This document shows positions 13,846 through 31,157 of a stretch of 64,000 nucleotides of DNA, in pieces; positions within the stretch are counted from its first letter, which is position 1, and every line of letters begins with the position of its first letter. A model generated the notes under the pieces. It saw only the letters and a list, made by a program, of their open reading frames with translations, was not told the origin of the DNA and searched no databases. The position numbers and the translations under genes are program-made. This stretch comes from the human T2T-CHM13v2.0 reference genome, Homo sapiens, in NCBI RefSeq assembly GCF_009914755.1, contig NC_060927.1; one strand, given 5' to 3'.

Positions 13846-14130
13846 TTGAAATTAATACACATATTAGTATATATACATGTAATATAGTAATACATACTGT
13901 ATTACACACTGTATACATACTGTTTTACTTCAACTATATTTATTATATAGTGACTATATTACTATATCTCATATATAACTATGTAACAGATGTTACATAG
14001 TTAATAGAGAATGTATAGTAACATAGTTTCTGTAAAATAAATATCTAATCTTATTTATACATCTAAATATATAATATAATATTTATATAACATATATATA
14101 TTCATTATATATAATAAATATACATAGTAA
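13846..14130. repeat. AT-rich low-complexity/quasi-palindromic tract
   Basis: Dominated by tata/taca/tgta motifs; includes a 13-bp inverted repeat at 13976-14003. Confidence 0.8.
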
Positions 14131-14134
14131 AAGG

Positions 14135-17460
<3,326 letters not shown>

Positions 17461-17894
17461 CTAAAACAATCACTGGAACTCTATACATGTATAACTCCCT
17501 GACAGTAGATGATTCTTTGGACTAAAGCTCACTATCTTTATTTTAGAAAAGATGTAATCTTAAATAAATAGTTTTAAGGATTCTTCCTGGGTAATGTGCT
17601 ATAGTTTACTTGAATATTGTCTTTGGATTTTGAAGCCTTTCTGTATATTATATGAGTTAATGTCTACAAACTCAAAATAGAATTTCCCGATTGCATTAGA
17701 CAAATTTCTAAACAAGCAAAAACCAATCTTTTTTTTAATTAACCATTTTTGACTGTGCTTGATGTAAGTAGGTTATATATTTAAGATATTTCTTGGTGAG
17801 TTAAAAGAAGGGAACTAACTTCCTAATCATCATAGCTCAAATAACAGTCGTAATTTTCTCAATCTGTATTACTGATGCCTATCTCTAATAACTG

Positions 17895-17953
17895 TATTTA
17901 TACAGTTTAGGTGCCAATTAATATTTATACAGTTTAGGTGCCAATTAATATTT
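17895..17953. repeat. Perfect 27-bp tandem duplication
   Basis: tatttatacagtttaggtgccaattaa x2 plus tattt. Confidence 0.95.
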
Positions 17954-18274
17954 CAAAATTTTTAAAAAGTGAAATGAATCATTTAATTAGTATTCACAAA
18001 CTTTTTAAAATACAAATTGCCAGATTTTATAGTGTCTTTAAACTTAAACTTTGAATCCTTTCTCCACAAATTGTTGTCCTTCTAGTATTTTCTCCACAAA
18101 TTATTGTTCCTTCTCACATACCTGTAGATCACTGCCATTTTTTTATACAGTACTGTAGATTTTCTTGCCCCGTTGAGAAAATTAAGGACTAATTCCATAT
18201 TTTATACCCAGTCACTGTGAATAATGTATCCCATTTACTTCATTTTCAGCTTTTTTGGAGGCACATCGTTCATA

Positions 18275-18400
18275 CACAATAATTTTTGTGCATGTACTAT
18301 GTACCAGATATTATATTAGAAGCTTCTATGTCATGGCAGGCAAAGTCTCTGTCCTCATGGAGCCTATAGTCCAGTAGGGAAGATAATCAGCAAATATTGT
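18275..18400 (-). mobile_element. L2 3' fragment
   Basis: tactatgtaccag...gtctctgtcctcatggagcctatagtccagtaggg. Confidence 0.6.
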
Positions 18401-18709
18401 AATTTCAATAATGCTTATTGGATTTGATGATTAATCCAAAATTAATATGCTCCCCAAACATGTCCTCTTGTTTTTCACTGGTCTTGGCAGGAATGCCTTC
18501 TTTCTTGACAAATACTCTTTGCTGCATTTGCAATTTAAGTCCTATATTGCATTAAAATTCTAGCTCAGACTGAACTTCCTCCATTAGTTATTTCCAAATT
18601 TCCACAGAAGAGAATCAATCATCCACACTCCTGTTCCTGCATTATAAATCATATTATATATTACCACACTAAGTATCATATATTTGTCTTCCCTCCCAGA
18701 ACTTTCCCT

Positions 18710-19096
18710 CTAGATCATTCTTAACTGAATTCAACATGCGAATCACATGTGGGCTTTAAAAATGTCAATGTCTGTCCCAATGGTCTGCTGGTAAATGTTT
18801 AAAAACTAGCTCCTATGGGAAGGAGAATGGAAGGGGGGAATCTCTGATTTGTAGCATTTGTAGATTTCTGTAGTTTAAATGCTCCCACCACGGCTTATTT
18901 CAGCCTATCAAAAGGACACCCCTGAACATGGAGCAGAGAAGAGATCTGCAGTAGCAACCATTGCATTGTATTTTAAGCAAATTCTTAAGCCCACCTCAGA
19001 CCTATTGACTCAGAAACTGTGGGAGTGGGGCACAGTGATTCATGTATTAACAAACTTTCCAGGTGATTCTGATGCATGCTAAAGCTTCAGAACCAC
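18710..19096. mobile_element. MER5A/B (hAT-Charlie) split by a MER63-like hAT fragment (18778-18970)
   Basis: gaatcacatgtgg..ccacctcagacctattgactcagaa..ccaggtgattctgatgcatgctaaag; insert caatggtctgctggtaaatgtttaa..gatttgtagcatttg..ctcccacca. Confidence 0.6.
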
Positions 19097-20020
19097 TTAT
19101 CCAACATAATACCTGGCATGTAATAGAATCTTAATGCATATATTTCGAGTTTGCTTGCATCAATGATAATGTAACCAGTTTCGTAAACATCATTTTATTT
19201 ACACTAACCCCCTTATCCTATCTGATCTTATGCTTTAGACAATAATAAAGAAAGTGATTTAAATAAAAATAATGTATGAATGATCATGGGATGGAAAGTG
19301 AATATTATTCTAGAGCTTAAATTACTCAAAGGAAAAAAATCTGCACTAAGTTCAAATTGTAGCTGTGGAAAATCTGCATTGTGTGAGGTCAAATACTCTG
19401 GCCAAAGAGCAAACAAAGTCTCCTCAGTATAGAGTCACATGCAAAGTGAACTAAAAAACAAAAGACAAAGAATATGCCAATATCTCAGCTTATATTTTCT
19501 CACAACTGTGACCCTAGGTTTTTGGTAAGCTGAGAAAAATTTTATTATTCTGTCTTACCTCTCCTTGATAATTTACTAGCATAAATATTCACAATCAAGC
19601 ATTGAGAAAAGAACAAGAAAATCCTTGTATTTTTTCAACAGTTGTTGAAAAAAGATATGCCATTTAAATAATGTTATATGTAACTTGATTAGTCAGTAAA
19701 TCTTTGTTGTGAGAGAGCATGCTAACAGAGCAGAAGAGAAAGTAAAAGTATCAGTCTAATCAGACAGCTTTTTATGTCCTTTCCTCAAACTGAAGCTGTC
19801 TACTCTTGTGCCCCATTGGCATTTTAAGTTTTATATTGACATTTAGTAAACTGCCCTTTGTATATTTGCCTTACCTTAACCACTAGACTTATTTAATTCA
19901 AAATTTCTGGTTTCCTCATAGAAATGCATTTCCAATAATCTTTACCCACTTAGTGTGGAATAAAAATCGAATCTCTCCACAGCCAGTGCAGTTATGTGTC
20001 TTTAAGCTGCTTCTTCCCAA

Positions 20021-20083
20021 ACACACACACACACACACACTCTCACTCACACACACTCACACTTACTCTCACACACACACACT
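20021..20083. repeat. Interrupted (CA)n microsatellite
   Basis: acacacac...tctcactcacac. Confidence 0.9.
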
Positions 20084-21569
20084 CAAAACCACCAGCATCA
20101 ACTCCACTGTAGCCACAACGCAGCATCAGAATGCTTTCTTTCTTGTTGTCTTTGGGTTATTTAGATTCCACTTTGGTGAAATTACTATTTTTAGCTTGCC
20201 AGTTGAGCTCATTGATAATTAACTCTGGCTATATTAGAATCGCCTTGAGAAGTGGCTTCAAGTGTCAAAAACCAATGTTTGAGCTGCACATGAATCAAAT
20301 AAATAACAATATCTGAAGGTGAGAACAAGGCATGTGTATCTGTTATGTGTATGATGAATATTTGCAGCCTTCCTTGAGAACCACTGTATGCATGGCATAC
20401 CTGAACAGGAATGTCATTCTACTCAGCTGGACAGCCTGAGCTGGGCACCAATGCTGACATACCAAAAGGAAATTGAATCCACCTGTGTGAAGAATGCCTC
20501 CTTAAAAGCTGAGTGGATCCCTTTAGCTTGGGGTACTGCAATGCCAACTAAAACATTAGTTTATAATGTATAAACCAACACTGTGAAAGTAGTTATTTCT
20601 ATTTTATTGTAAAGTTGACTAAATCAGATTCTAGGTAGTCAAGAAAATATGGAAAATCCAAATAAAAACACTCAAAATGTGTCATTGTTTTCTCTCTCAT
20701 CAGTGATATAGTAATAAAACTGGCATCCTGGGTTGGGAATTCTACTCCTCTGTACATCTGCTTTCCAGTGGACGTTGGTCTCCTTAGGATATCTTATAAC
20801 CCTTGAAGAAGAACCTTCATCCCAAGCTCAAAAAAAGCCTAAAAGTAATTCACTTACCCCAATCTCTTACCCAACTGGATGTTTACACAGGAAATCTCTG
20901 ATTCATTCATAAGACCTAAACTAAAATTACGACGTCCAGATTGCAATAGACAAAGAAGGACAAAGTCTATCTATTTTCTACTTTTCTCAGCTTGGTTCCA
21001 AGTCAGCATACCTCAGGATATATTTTCTACTAACAGATACAAAGTAGTTACTCATCTTGCATAGTGGTTTCTTTGACTTAACTCCTCTGATTCTTGATTT
21101 CCTTATCTTAATGTACCAATAGTAACATCTAAGTCACTAAGAATTTTGTAAGGATTAAATTAGATGATGATGAATACTACCCAATAAGTGATGACTATTG
21201 GTTGGAGAAAATATGGTCATAGAGAAGTATCAGGAAATAGAGACAGCTCACAATAAACTAACAGAAAGACACAAGACAGATAGTAGTCTTCTCTAGTATA
21301 TGTGATATCTGGACTCCTCAATTTGATATTCGTATAAAGGACAAGATGAATTATTTCCTCTTGTATAGAAGAACAGCAACCCCCTCTGCTCACTCACACA
21401 CACTCACCATCGCAGTGAAGCCAAAACACTAAATACTGTCATTTCAAGATGGTCAGTGAGGACAGGTGCCAGTTAAGTAGTCAGAGGTGGTGGGATGCCT
21501 TAAAAACTTTTTTGCAGAACTTCCCAGAATAATTTTAACAAATAGTATCCACTGTAATACACGTTGAAA

Positions 21570-21750
21570 GCATCGTGTGCTCCTTCATTGAGTGTTTTCC
21601 AGTTGTAAGTTAAATAATTAATTGCTTAATTATTTGTGCAATTTGGTGTTCCCTAGATTCTAATATGTCTGAGGGCAGGGATTTTTGTCTGTCTTATTTA
21701 TTGCCGTAACCCCTGTGCCTGACACTTAGCAGTTCAGTAAGTGTGATGAA
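21570..21750 (+). mobile_element. L2 3' end
   Basis: ctagattctaa..tgagggcagggatttttgtctgtcttattta..gtgcctgacac..cagtaa. Confidence 0.7.
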
Positions 21751-24700
21751 GAAAATAATTTTGAAACCCTTCCACAACTTTTTCTTTTTTTCAGGATATA
21801 TTCTATTATAATAGTGTTTAAATATTTAATTTTAATTTTATTTAGTTTTCTTGATCAAGAATGACTAGGGGAGTGTTATTGTTGTGGTGGTGGTGAATTG
21901 ATTTTTTTTAATTGCTATTTCAGAAGTCTGTGTATATTCTGGAGGTACAAGTTTCCTAACTGCCTCTGCTAAGTGCATCTCTTAAAATGCTATCACAATA
22001 TGACCTTATAAAAGTGTACTCCTGGGAATGAATATTTTCTTTGACTACAGTTGGGAAAATATGATCTCTTAGCTTCATTACTATTTGTAAGCACCCCCAC
22101 CCCCAACTTTAGGTGAAGACATTTACTCTATGGGTGTTTGCTCGGTTCCATGGTAAAATCCCCTTTCATTTTTCTTCTGCATGCCAACCTCTACTCTAGG
22201 TAGCCATTAAGAGCTAGTTGCTTCCTCACTGGATAATGGTTATTTTAGTATTCTTGTGAAGGTAGCTGTTTTCAAAAACTAAAGGTTTGTATCAAAACAA
22301 CTTAATCCATGATTGTAGACAGCTTACATGTTCTTTTTGACCAGCCACCTCACATACATTTGACTATTATTTATGACTTTTCCTTTATAAATTTTTGAAA
22401 CAAACTTTATTTTTAGGCCTGTTGAGAAGCTTTATTTCCTCAAGAACACTTTAATTCTCTTGAAATACTAGAATTTCAAGCATTAAAATATAACAAAATA
22501 ACTTTATTACGTTTCTCAGTGTCAAGTTTTGGCCACATAAGTATAGGAAACAAAACATTTGCTGAGGGTAATATTGCTTTGGGAAGCACGTTTAGCCATG
22601 AATAATGTACATAAAACTGTTATTTTGCTGAACTGTAAAATAGTGGATGAATATTCACTATTTATTTTGTTAATATCACAAAATGGTATTAACCTACAGA
22701 TGTCTGAACAAGATAATTCTAAATTCTTTCAACCATCATCTTTTACAGATTAGCAATGTGACTTTATGTAGTCCATCAGAATATATCGTGGATCCAAAGT
22801 AAGTTCTAGAAAATGTTACTGTATAATTTTTTCAAACCCCATATACTTCAAGGGAAAATATCTTTACTACTGAATATACTGAAATAGTATTTCTATTCCA
22901 TTCTTCATAGGATTTCATATTTGTTGTACATGTATTCCCTGAGCATGAGACAGTATCTACCCAAAGTAGAATAATTATTCCTCCTTATGGAGAAATGATC
23001 TAAGAAAATCTCTGGGGATTTTTCTAAGTAAGTGCTATTTTTTCAACCATAACTAGAAAAATATATTATGCAATCGGCTATTTTCATATAATTTGCACAA
23101 CACTTAAAATAAATAGGACAAGTTGAAAGCTGCCACTTGCCTTGGGAAATCAGGACATTTAAAGAGCTTAGTGAACCTCTGGCATAATTTCGTGTTATTT
23201 TTTAGTTCTCTATAAGAGGAGTAAATTTCATAAGTCCCCTTTCTTTCACAGTACTACTATTTTTCTAACATTTCAATTTCAGTGAAAACTTTGATTTTTT
23301 CATATATGCAATTATATTTCTAATAAAAATGTAGCTTCTGGGGAAGCAAGTGCCTAGATCACAGAGGTTCTTGAAGGCCATGGTAAAATAAATCTCAGAA
23401 GACATGATACTTAAAAAATTTAACATGTTATTCACATATATTATATGATATATAGGATGATTACCATTAGAAGATTATGCATTATATAATTGGAACTCTA
23501 AGTTAATTTGCAGTAATTCATGTTTATTGAAATGGGAGGAAAAAATCTGTCTTCTGGGTGGGGGAAAGAGAGCACTTCTGAAGCTGCAGGTACCTCCATC
23601 TCTTTGTTGTGTATGCAATATTCATCCTGCTCTTAAATACAGAAAAGAAAAGTTACTAATACAATTGATCAGAGTCAATAGTGCCAATTGAGCCACAATT
23701 ATTGACTTGCATTTTGTCTATGAATATACTATTATTTTGCATTTGAAAATGCTACCTTGAATTCAAGTCAGCCCCTGGTTCTGTTTTTTGTTTGTTTGTT
23801 TGTTTGTTTTTGTGTTCATTGTTTTTGTGTCCATGAAGCTTCAGTCATCACATTGACTTGTCTTCTCAGTGCACCTATCATTATGGGCTCTTCATCACTC
23901 TGCCTCCTCTGGTACTCAGAAATAATCAGAAGAAAGGATGGTCTTAAAGGTCTCGTTTTGAGGAAGAAAGTGGCATTTATACTTTGAGACAAGGTTTCCA
24001 TGGGGAGACAATGGGAAGATCTTGCTTCTCTATTGTACATCACACATGTGGACTCATGACAGTGGGCCAAAGTGGAGTTCAAACAATCTGTGCGCTGCCC
24101 TGGCAACTATACCATTTTAATCTCATAAGAGCCCTCTCTAACATTTACTCATTGTGTAAATTATTTTGAGGGTTTTGAGGAAAGGATTAATGACTAAGAC
24201 AAAGTCCCTTTCTTCAAAAAGTTTTCAATCATTTCCTTCCTCCCTCCTTTCTTTTCTTCCTTCTTTCCTTGCTTTTTTATTTTCAGTATAGCAGGAAATG
24301 AAAGCATGAAGAAAACCATTAAAAATATACCTATGTTAGAATGTGATGAGTATTAGAGGAGAGGTACAGAAAATTTTCAATGACTACTTATATGAAGAAG
24401 AGAATCCCATGGTATGGAAAGAAGAACAGAGGTTTTGAAAGAGAAAGTTTTTTTTCCTAAGTTGCATAAATTTCTGGCCAGTCCTCATGGCAGGGTAGTA
24501 TTCTGTAGTGAAAAACATGATATGTAAAACCGTGGGAGCAAGAAAGAGAAGAGGTTCAAATTCTTTAGAGGAAGTCCTACATGAATTAACAAACCATTAG
24601 GATACAAATTCTTTTAAAGATAACATAGGAAAACTCAGGATCAGACAATGAAATCAGATAGGAACACATTCCATATATTATTTTAAATAATGACTTAGTA

Positions 24701-24839
24701 ATTTAGAGCTTAGCGGGTTCTGAGCTTTAAAGGTTTCTGAATTATAGGCTGATCTTTGGGGAATAATTGTTTCTAGTAACAGTTTATAGAATTAATTTAA
24801 AGTGTGGATGCTAGAGACAAAGTGTTTTTCTTTTTGTTA

Positions 24840-25145
24840 TACTGTGTTATGTTGGTTGAATAAGCAGTGGAAAGAGTGCTGGAATTAGGGAAATGAAAGA
24901 GCAGCTAGAATGGAGGTGCTGTAGATGTAAAAAGGCCTTACTTATTAACCTACTGGAAACGATGAGTAGGATAATAGAGGAAATGAGTCAAAATAGACTT
25001 TACTATTTTAAGTCTGGGGGTCTGAGAGAACAGTGATGCATTCAGCGGAAATGCAAAAGATTGGAGGTACAGCTTAAGAGGAGCTCAGTTTAGGACAGAC
25101 TGAATTTAACATGCTTATTAGCTATACAGATGGAAATATCAGTAA
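24840..25145 (-). mobile_element. L2 fragment
   Basis: gagtcaaaatagac, cagtttaggacagactgaatttaacatgc, cagatggaaatatcagt. Confidence 0.5.
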
Positions 25146-25265
25146 ATATTGTTGCTCTGATGTTCCTGAATGAATGAGTGTATCAGCTGTATGTTTTGGT
25201 GGCCTGTCAAGCTCATTTTCTTTTCTTTAAGAAAAATAATCATTGACCTCTCTTAACACACCTCT

Positions 25266-25563
25266 CTTTGTTTTTAGTTTTTGATGCAGAGTCTTACTCT
25301 TTCACCCAGGCTGGAGTGCAGTGACGCCATCTAGGCTCACTGCAACCTCTGCCTCCTGGGCCCAAGTGATCCTCCCACCTCAGCTTCCTAAGTAGCTGGG
25401 ACTACAGGCGTGCACCACCATGCCTGGCTAATTTTTGTGTTTTTTTGTAGAGCCCAGGTTTCATCATGCCGATGACTGGTCTCGAATTCCTGAACTCAAG
25501 TGGTCTGCCCTCCCCTGCCTCTCAAAGTGCTGAGATTACAGGCATGAGCCATTGCACTTGGCC
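25266..25563 (-). mobile_element. AluJ (Jb-like)
   Basis: Dimer with gatcctcccacctcagc and cctgaactcaagtggtctgcc, J-type positions. Confidence 0.9.
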
Positions 25564-25927
25564 TGTTTAAAGACCACTCTGAAAGCACTGCTGAGTAGAG
25601 AGCTGGCCATGTAACTTGCCTCTCAGCTATAGCTGAATAGATACCTGGCCCAAGTTAGGCTAAATAGGCATCTCTCCTAGGAACCTGAATTTGGGTTTCA
25701 TAGACATTTCTTATTCTTTAGTTTTCTGTTTAAAATTGGCTTGCAACAGCAGTATGTACACAAAGACTGAGAAATATGCCCAATAAGTAAACAACAGTAT
25801 TAAGTAATACAAAGAAGTATAGATATGGGAGAACATAGGGAATCGGAGAAAAATGATGTTTTGATAACATATATATGCAAGCAAATTCCCTATGATCAAT
25901 CAATCTTAATGTAGAAAAAAGTGAATA

Positions 25928-27881
25928 TAGGCATAGCTACTTATACTTGTTTGACTGTATTATGCTTTGGAGACATAGTGGGTTTTTTTGCAAATTAAAG
26001 GTTTGATGCAACCTTTCTTCAAGTAAGTCTATCAGTCTTAGTTTTCCAAAAACATATGCTGATTTTACGTCTCTGTGTCACATTTTGGTAATTCTCAACA
26101 TTTCAAACTTTGTCATTATTATTATATCTTTTATGGTGGCTTGTAATCAATGTTCTACTACTCTAATTGTTTTGGGCCACCATGAATCAGGCCCATATAA
26201 GGCAGTGAAGTTAAGTGATAAGTGTTATGTGTTTTTCAGTTGCTCTGCTCACTGTCCATTCTCTCATTTCTCTCCCTTTCCTCGGGCCTCCCTATTCTCC
26301 AAGATACAACAATATTGAAATTTGCCAACTAATAACTCTACAATGGCCTCTAAGTGTTCTTGTAAAAGCATGAGTCACACATCTTTCACTTTAAATAAAA
26401 AGGTAGCAATGATTAAGCTTAGTGAAGAAGGCATATCAAAAGTCAAGACAGGCTGAAAGCTAAGACTCTTGTGCCAAAGAGTTAGTCAAGCTGTGAGTGC
26501 AAAGAAAAAAAAGTTCTCAAATATAATTAAAAGTGGTACACAAGTGATAAGAAAATGAAACAGTCTTATTGCTGCTATGGAGAAAGTTCTAGCAGTTTGG
26601 ATAGGAGAACAAACCAGCCACAATCCTCTGTTAATCCAAAGCTTAATCCTGGCAAGTTCTGAAGCCTCTTCAATTCTACGAAGGCTAAGAGAGTTAAGGA
26701 AGCTGCATAACAGAAGTTTGAATCTAACAGAGGTTGGTTCATGATGTTTGAGGAAGGAAGCAATCTCCATAACATAAAAGTGCCAGGTGAAGCAGCAAGT
26801 GCTGATGTAGAAGCTATAGCAAGTTATCTAGAAGATCAGAATAAGAAGTTAATTGATGAAAGTAGCTGAACTGAACAACAGATTTTCACAGTAGAAGAAA
26901 GAGCCTTCTTTTGGATGAAGATGCCATCTAGGATGTTCATAGCTAGAGAGGAGAAATCAGTGCCTAGCTTCAAAACTTCAAAGGGCAGGCTGACTCTTTT
27001 GTTACTGACTAATGCAGCTGGTGGTTTTAAAATGAAGCTGATGTTCATTTACTATCTCCAAAACACTAAGACCCTTAAGCATTATGATACTCTACACGTG
27101 CTCTATAAATGGAACAGCAATGCCTGGATGACAACACATCTCTTTACAGCATGATTTATTTAATATTTTAAGCCCACTGTTGAGACCTACTGCTCCAAAA
27201 AACATATTCTTTTCAAAATGTTACTGCATATTAAGAATGCACCTGGTCACTCAAGCGCTCTCATGGAGAAGTACAAGGAGATTGATGTTGTTTTTATATC
27301 TGCTAATACAATATTCATTCTGCAGCCCATGGATCAAGAAGTAATTTAGACTTTCAAGTCTCATTATTACAAAAAGTTTTGCAAGGCTATAGCTGCCATA
27401 CATAGCGATTCCTTTGATGGATCTGGACAAAGTACAATGAAAATCTTCTAGAAAGGATTCACCATTTTAAATACCATGAAGAACATTTATGACTCATGGG
27501 AGGAGGTTGAAATATTAACCTGAACAAGAGTTTGGAAGAAGTTGATTCTAACTCTCATAGGTGATTTTGAGGGTTTCAAGACTTTAGTAGATAGGATAAG
27601 TCACTGCAGATATGTTAGAAAGAGCAAGAGAATTAGAATTTTAAGTGGAACCTGAAGATGTGACTAAATTATTGCAATCTTATAACCAAACTTGAATAGA
27701 TGAGGAGTTTCTTGTTATAGATGAGCAAAGAAAGTGCTCTTTTAAAAAAAAAAAAAACAGAATCTACTCCTGATGTCTGACATGCTGTGAATGTGAATTA
27801 ACAACAAATAATATAGAACATTAGATAAACATGCTTGATAAAGTAGCAGCACAGTTTGAGAGGACTGACTCCATTGACTCC
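25928..27881 (+). mobile_element. Tigger1 DNA transposon, 3'-truncated, with transposase pseudogene starting at 26343
   Basis: TA then aggcata.. 5' end; MASKCS..SHTSFTLNKKVAMIKLSEEG; KMPSRMFIAREEKSVPSFKTSKGRLTLLL..NAAG; QPMDQEVI (pogo/DDE type); many stops. Confidence 0.93.
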
Positions 27882-27882
27882 A

Positions 27883-28050
27883 GTTTTACTTATTTATTTG
27901 TAGATGAGTTCTCACTATGTTGTCCAGGCTGGAGTGCAGTGACTATTCACAGCCATATAGTGCACTACAGCCTTGAACTCCTGCGGTCAAACAATCCTCT
28001 TTTTCAGCCTTCTGAGCAGCTAGAGCTATAGGCATGCCACCATGCCAGGC
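27883..28050 (-). mobile_element. FAM (fossil Alu monomer)
   Basis: Monomer retaining the 7SL-like ggagtgcagtgactattcacag segment; flanked by ttgactcc direct repeats. Confidence 0.8.
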
Positions 28051-28385
28051 TTGACTCCTACCAATACCAAGGTTGGGCCCCAAGAACTATATTTTTGCTA
28101 TGCAACCATAACAGACTCAGAGTTACCTATATTAACCAAGATGGGTTAATTCCCAGTTCCTTTTGCATAATTTGGATCTATTTCAACTTAGTGGCACTGA
28201 GAAGAGATGTGATTGTGGCTTTTTCACCTATATTGTCTAGTGGATATTATTTGAACTTGCCAAGGTCCCTAGCACTAGCTTAGATTCTGCCCCTCATGAT
28301 AGTTGGTTGGGACTTGGATCCTGTAATTTAATTTAGTATCTTTCCATTAAATTTCTTGTTTATTCAAGCAATAATTATTTTTTGA

Positions 28386-28727
<342 letters not shown>

Positions 28728-28949
28728 AGTATATGAGAGTATTAAAAAATAAAGTTCTAATACAAATGGATGTTTGTCAATGGACACTTGATAACCATGC
28801 ACTTTCCATGTACCAACTACAGAGCTCTATGTAAGCCGTTATTGGGGTTACAACAAGGTAATATGGCATTAATTTCAGCATTTATTTTACATCACTTTCC
28901 AGTTTTTGAGGCCCTATCCCTTCAATTATTTTTTTGTCTTCACATTAGT

Positions 28950-29090
28950 TTTACTCACATTTCACAGATAAAAAATGTTAGAGTAAGGGAGTTTATATGA
29001 CTTACCCAGGATGATGTGAATAGGTAGTGGCAGGGGTGCTTCATCTCCAGGTTTTCCCATTTCAAAACTCATTTACTTATCTCACTGTAT
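28950..29090 (-). mobile_element. MIR fragment
   Basis: cattttcacagataaaaa..tgacttacccagg..taggtagtggcagg. Confidence 0.55.
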
Positions 29091-30171
29091 CCATAGTTAT
29101 CATTTCAAATGGTTATAAAGCATTTTCTAGATATTAATACTTTAATCCAATTTAAAATTAAATAAATTTTAAAAATAAAGTAGAATAAGTCTATCTTAAT
29201 AGCTTTTAATAAAGCAATGACAATTTGAAATTCATAGAGCTTTAAGATTTTGAGTTAGAAATACTGAAAATTTCTTCATTGTTCTCACATCCCTTACTTA
29301 AAGACCCTGCCTTTTCTATAACTTTTGAGTTTGTAGCCCTATGAACTATGTAAACTCAATCCTTTGAGTTCATAGTTTATAAATTTAGAGATCAGTGTTT
29401 AACTTAAGCCAGATATAGTTTTATTCTACCAAGATCTTTTATTTAGGGCATACACTAAGTTCTAAGTTCTGCGCACAAGGCCCGTAAGGTCAAATAGACT
29501 CAGGAGCTGAGATGGCAATTTAGGGTGGCCATGATGGACAGTGTGCAAATTGCTGAATCAGCTGAGAACGCTAATATGCAAAAACAAAGAAGGTAAATAG
29601 AGAAAAGAAGAAATGACAGATCATTTAACTCCAGGGAGAAAGAGAGGGAGAGCAAGAGAAAGTTTATGATGTGATTACTGGTGTGGATGTTTGTCTCCCA
29701 GGTATCTTTCTATCAAGGTTGAGATTTACTCACTGTTCTTGCATTCTAAGCGAAATTCCTGTATCCTTCCTTCAAATTCCCCTTGGTTGGAATGGATTTC
29801 TGTAATAACATATTCTCTGTTTAAGAAAAAAAAATACTCTAAGATAAAGGGATATTCAGCCCAATTTTCATTTAAATATTACATAAACAAATGGCCATAA
29901 TATATAAAGTGATCTATCAATAATGAATGAAATGCAAGTTTGTGTCTCTACACATTTTATTTTAAATGACATTCTGGATACTATCTTCAACTTACAATAT
30001 AAATAATATAAATTCCTTTTACATCATTATTTATAAAATAATGCATGAAATAATTTCCTATTTCTGAAGTACTGCCAAACAAAGTATAAACAGCCTTGTC
30101 AAATCATAAATATTGACTGTATGTGATAGCAGCTTGGTAGTTCTCCAAACAAAGGTATCATGTTGCCCTCT

Positions 30172-30596
30172 GAATTAGATTCCTAGGAGCTGCAATAAAC
30201 AGCAAACAGGATGGCTTAAAACAACAGTAATTTATTTCCTCACAGTTCTAGAGGCCAGAAGTCGCTGAAGACACTAGGGAAGAATCTGTTCCCTTCCTTT
30301 GTCTTAGCTTCGTGTGTTGCTGGCAGTCCTTGGCATTCCTGTTTTGTAGATGCATCACTCTAATTTCTGTCTCTGTTGTCACATGGTGTCCCTTCAGTGT
30401 GTCTCATTCTGTCTCTTCTCCTTTTCTTATAAGGGCACCGTTTCTATTGGATTTGTGCCTATCCTAATTCAATATGACCTCATCTTAACTTGAATTCACC
30501 TGCAAAGACCCAATTTCCAAATAAGATCACCTTCATAAGTACAATGGCTTAGGACTTCAACAAATTTTTTTGGTGGACACAATTCAACTCATAACA
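30172..30596 (-). mobile_element. MLT1 (B/C-like) solo LTR
   Basis: ggcttaaaacaacag..tcacagttctagaggccagaagtc, ctgcaaagacccaatttccaaataag, gacacaattcaactcataaca. Confidence 0.88.
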
Positions 30597-31157
30597 CCTT
30601 CAGGAGAAGGGAAAATCATGCTAAACAGGTAGTAAAAACAGATATCACTAACAGAAACATTACTCCTCCTACATAGAAAATGCTTCTTGGCATTAAAAAC
30701 AAAATTAAATATAATATGATAAATAATAAGCAATATGGACAGATCGAAATTATCTTTCCATCTTCCGTGGTAAGTAAATATATTGTTTGAGTTTCTCAGG
30801 TAACAACTGCCTATCACAGAAAGAAGGGAAGGATTGATAGAAGAAGGAAACACACTTCCTTATCAACTTGACAAGGTAAAAGCTATGCTACTGAGTTTTT
30901 GTCATCTAAGTGAGAGTAAATACTAGATTATGATACATAGGACTTTGATGTAAAGGATCTCATTGCTCACCAGGTCAACTTACAAGTGGCCTGATACAGT
31001 GACCCACACATGACACTGAATGAGAGTTAGCATGTGTTCAAAGGAAAGAGGCTGAAATCTGAGCGGCTTGCTGACTCAAATCACTCTCTTGTACCCTCTG
31101 TCCATACTTTCATTGAGAAAATGGCTTAAAAAGAACAAAAAAACTGCATTAAAAAAT

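Noticed and set aside
20851-20920. Minus-strand donor GGG|GTAAGT as an exon end
   Set aside because: Only a weak matching acceptor nearby and no other support.
26343-27880. Domesticated Tigger transposase (TIGD-like gene)
   Set aside because: Stops from the first 40 codons onward, frameshifts, and a truncated 3' end.
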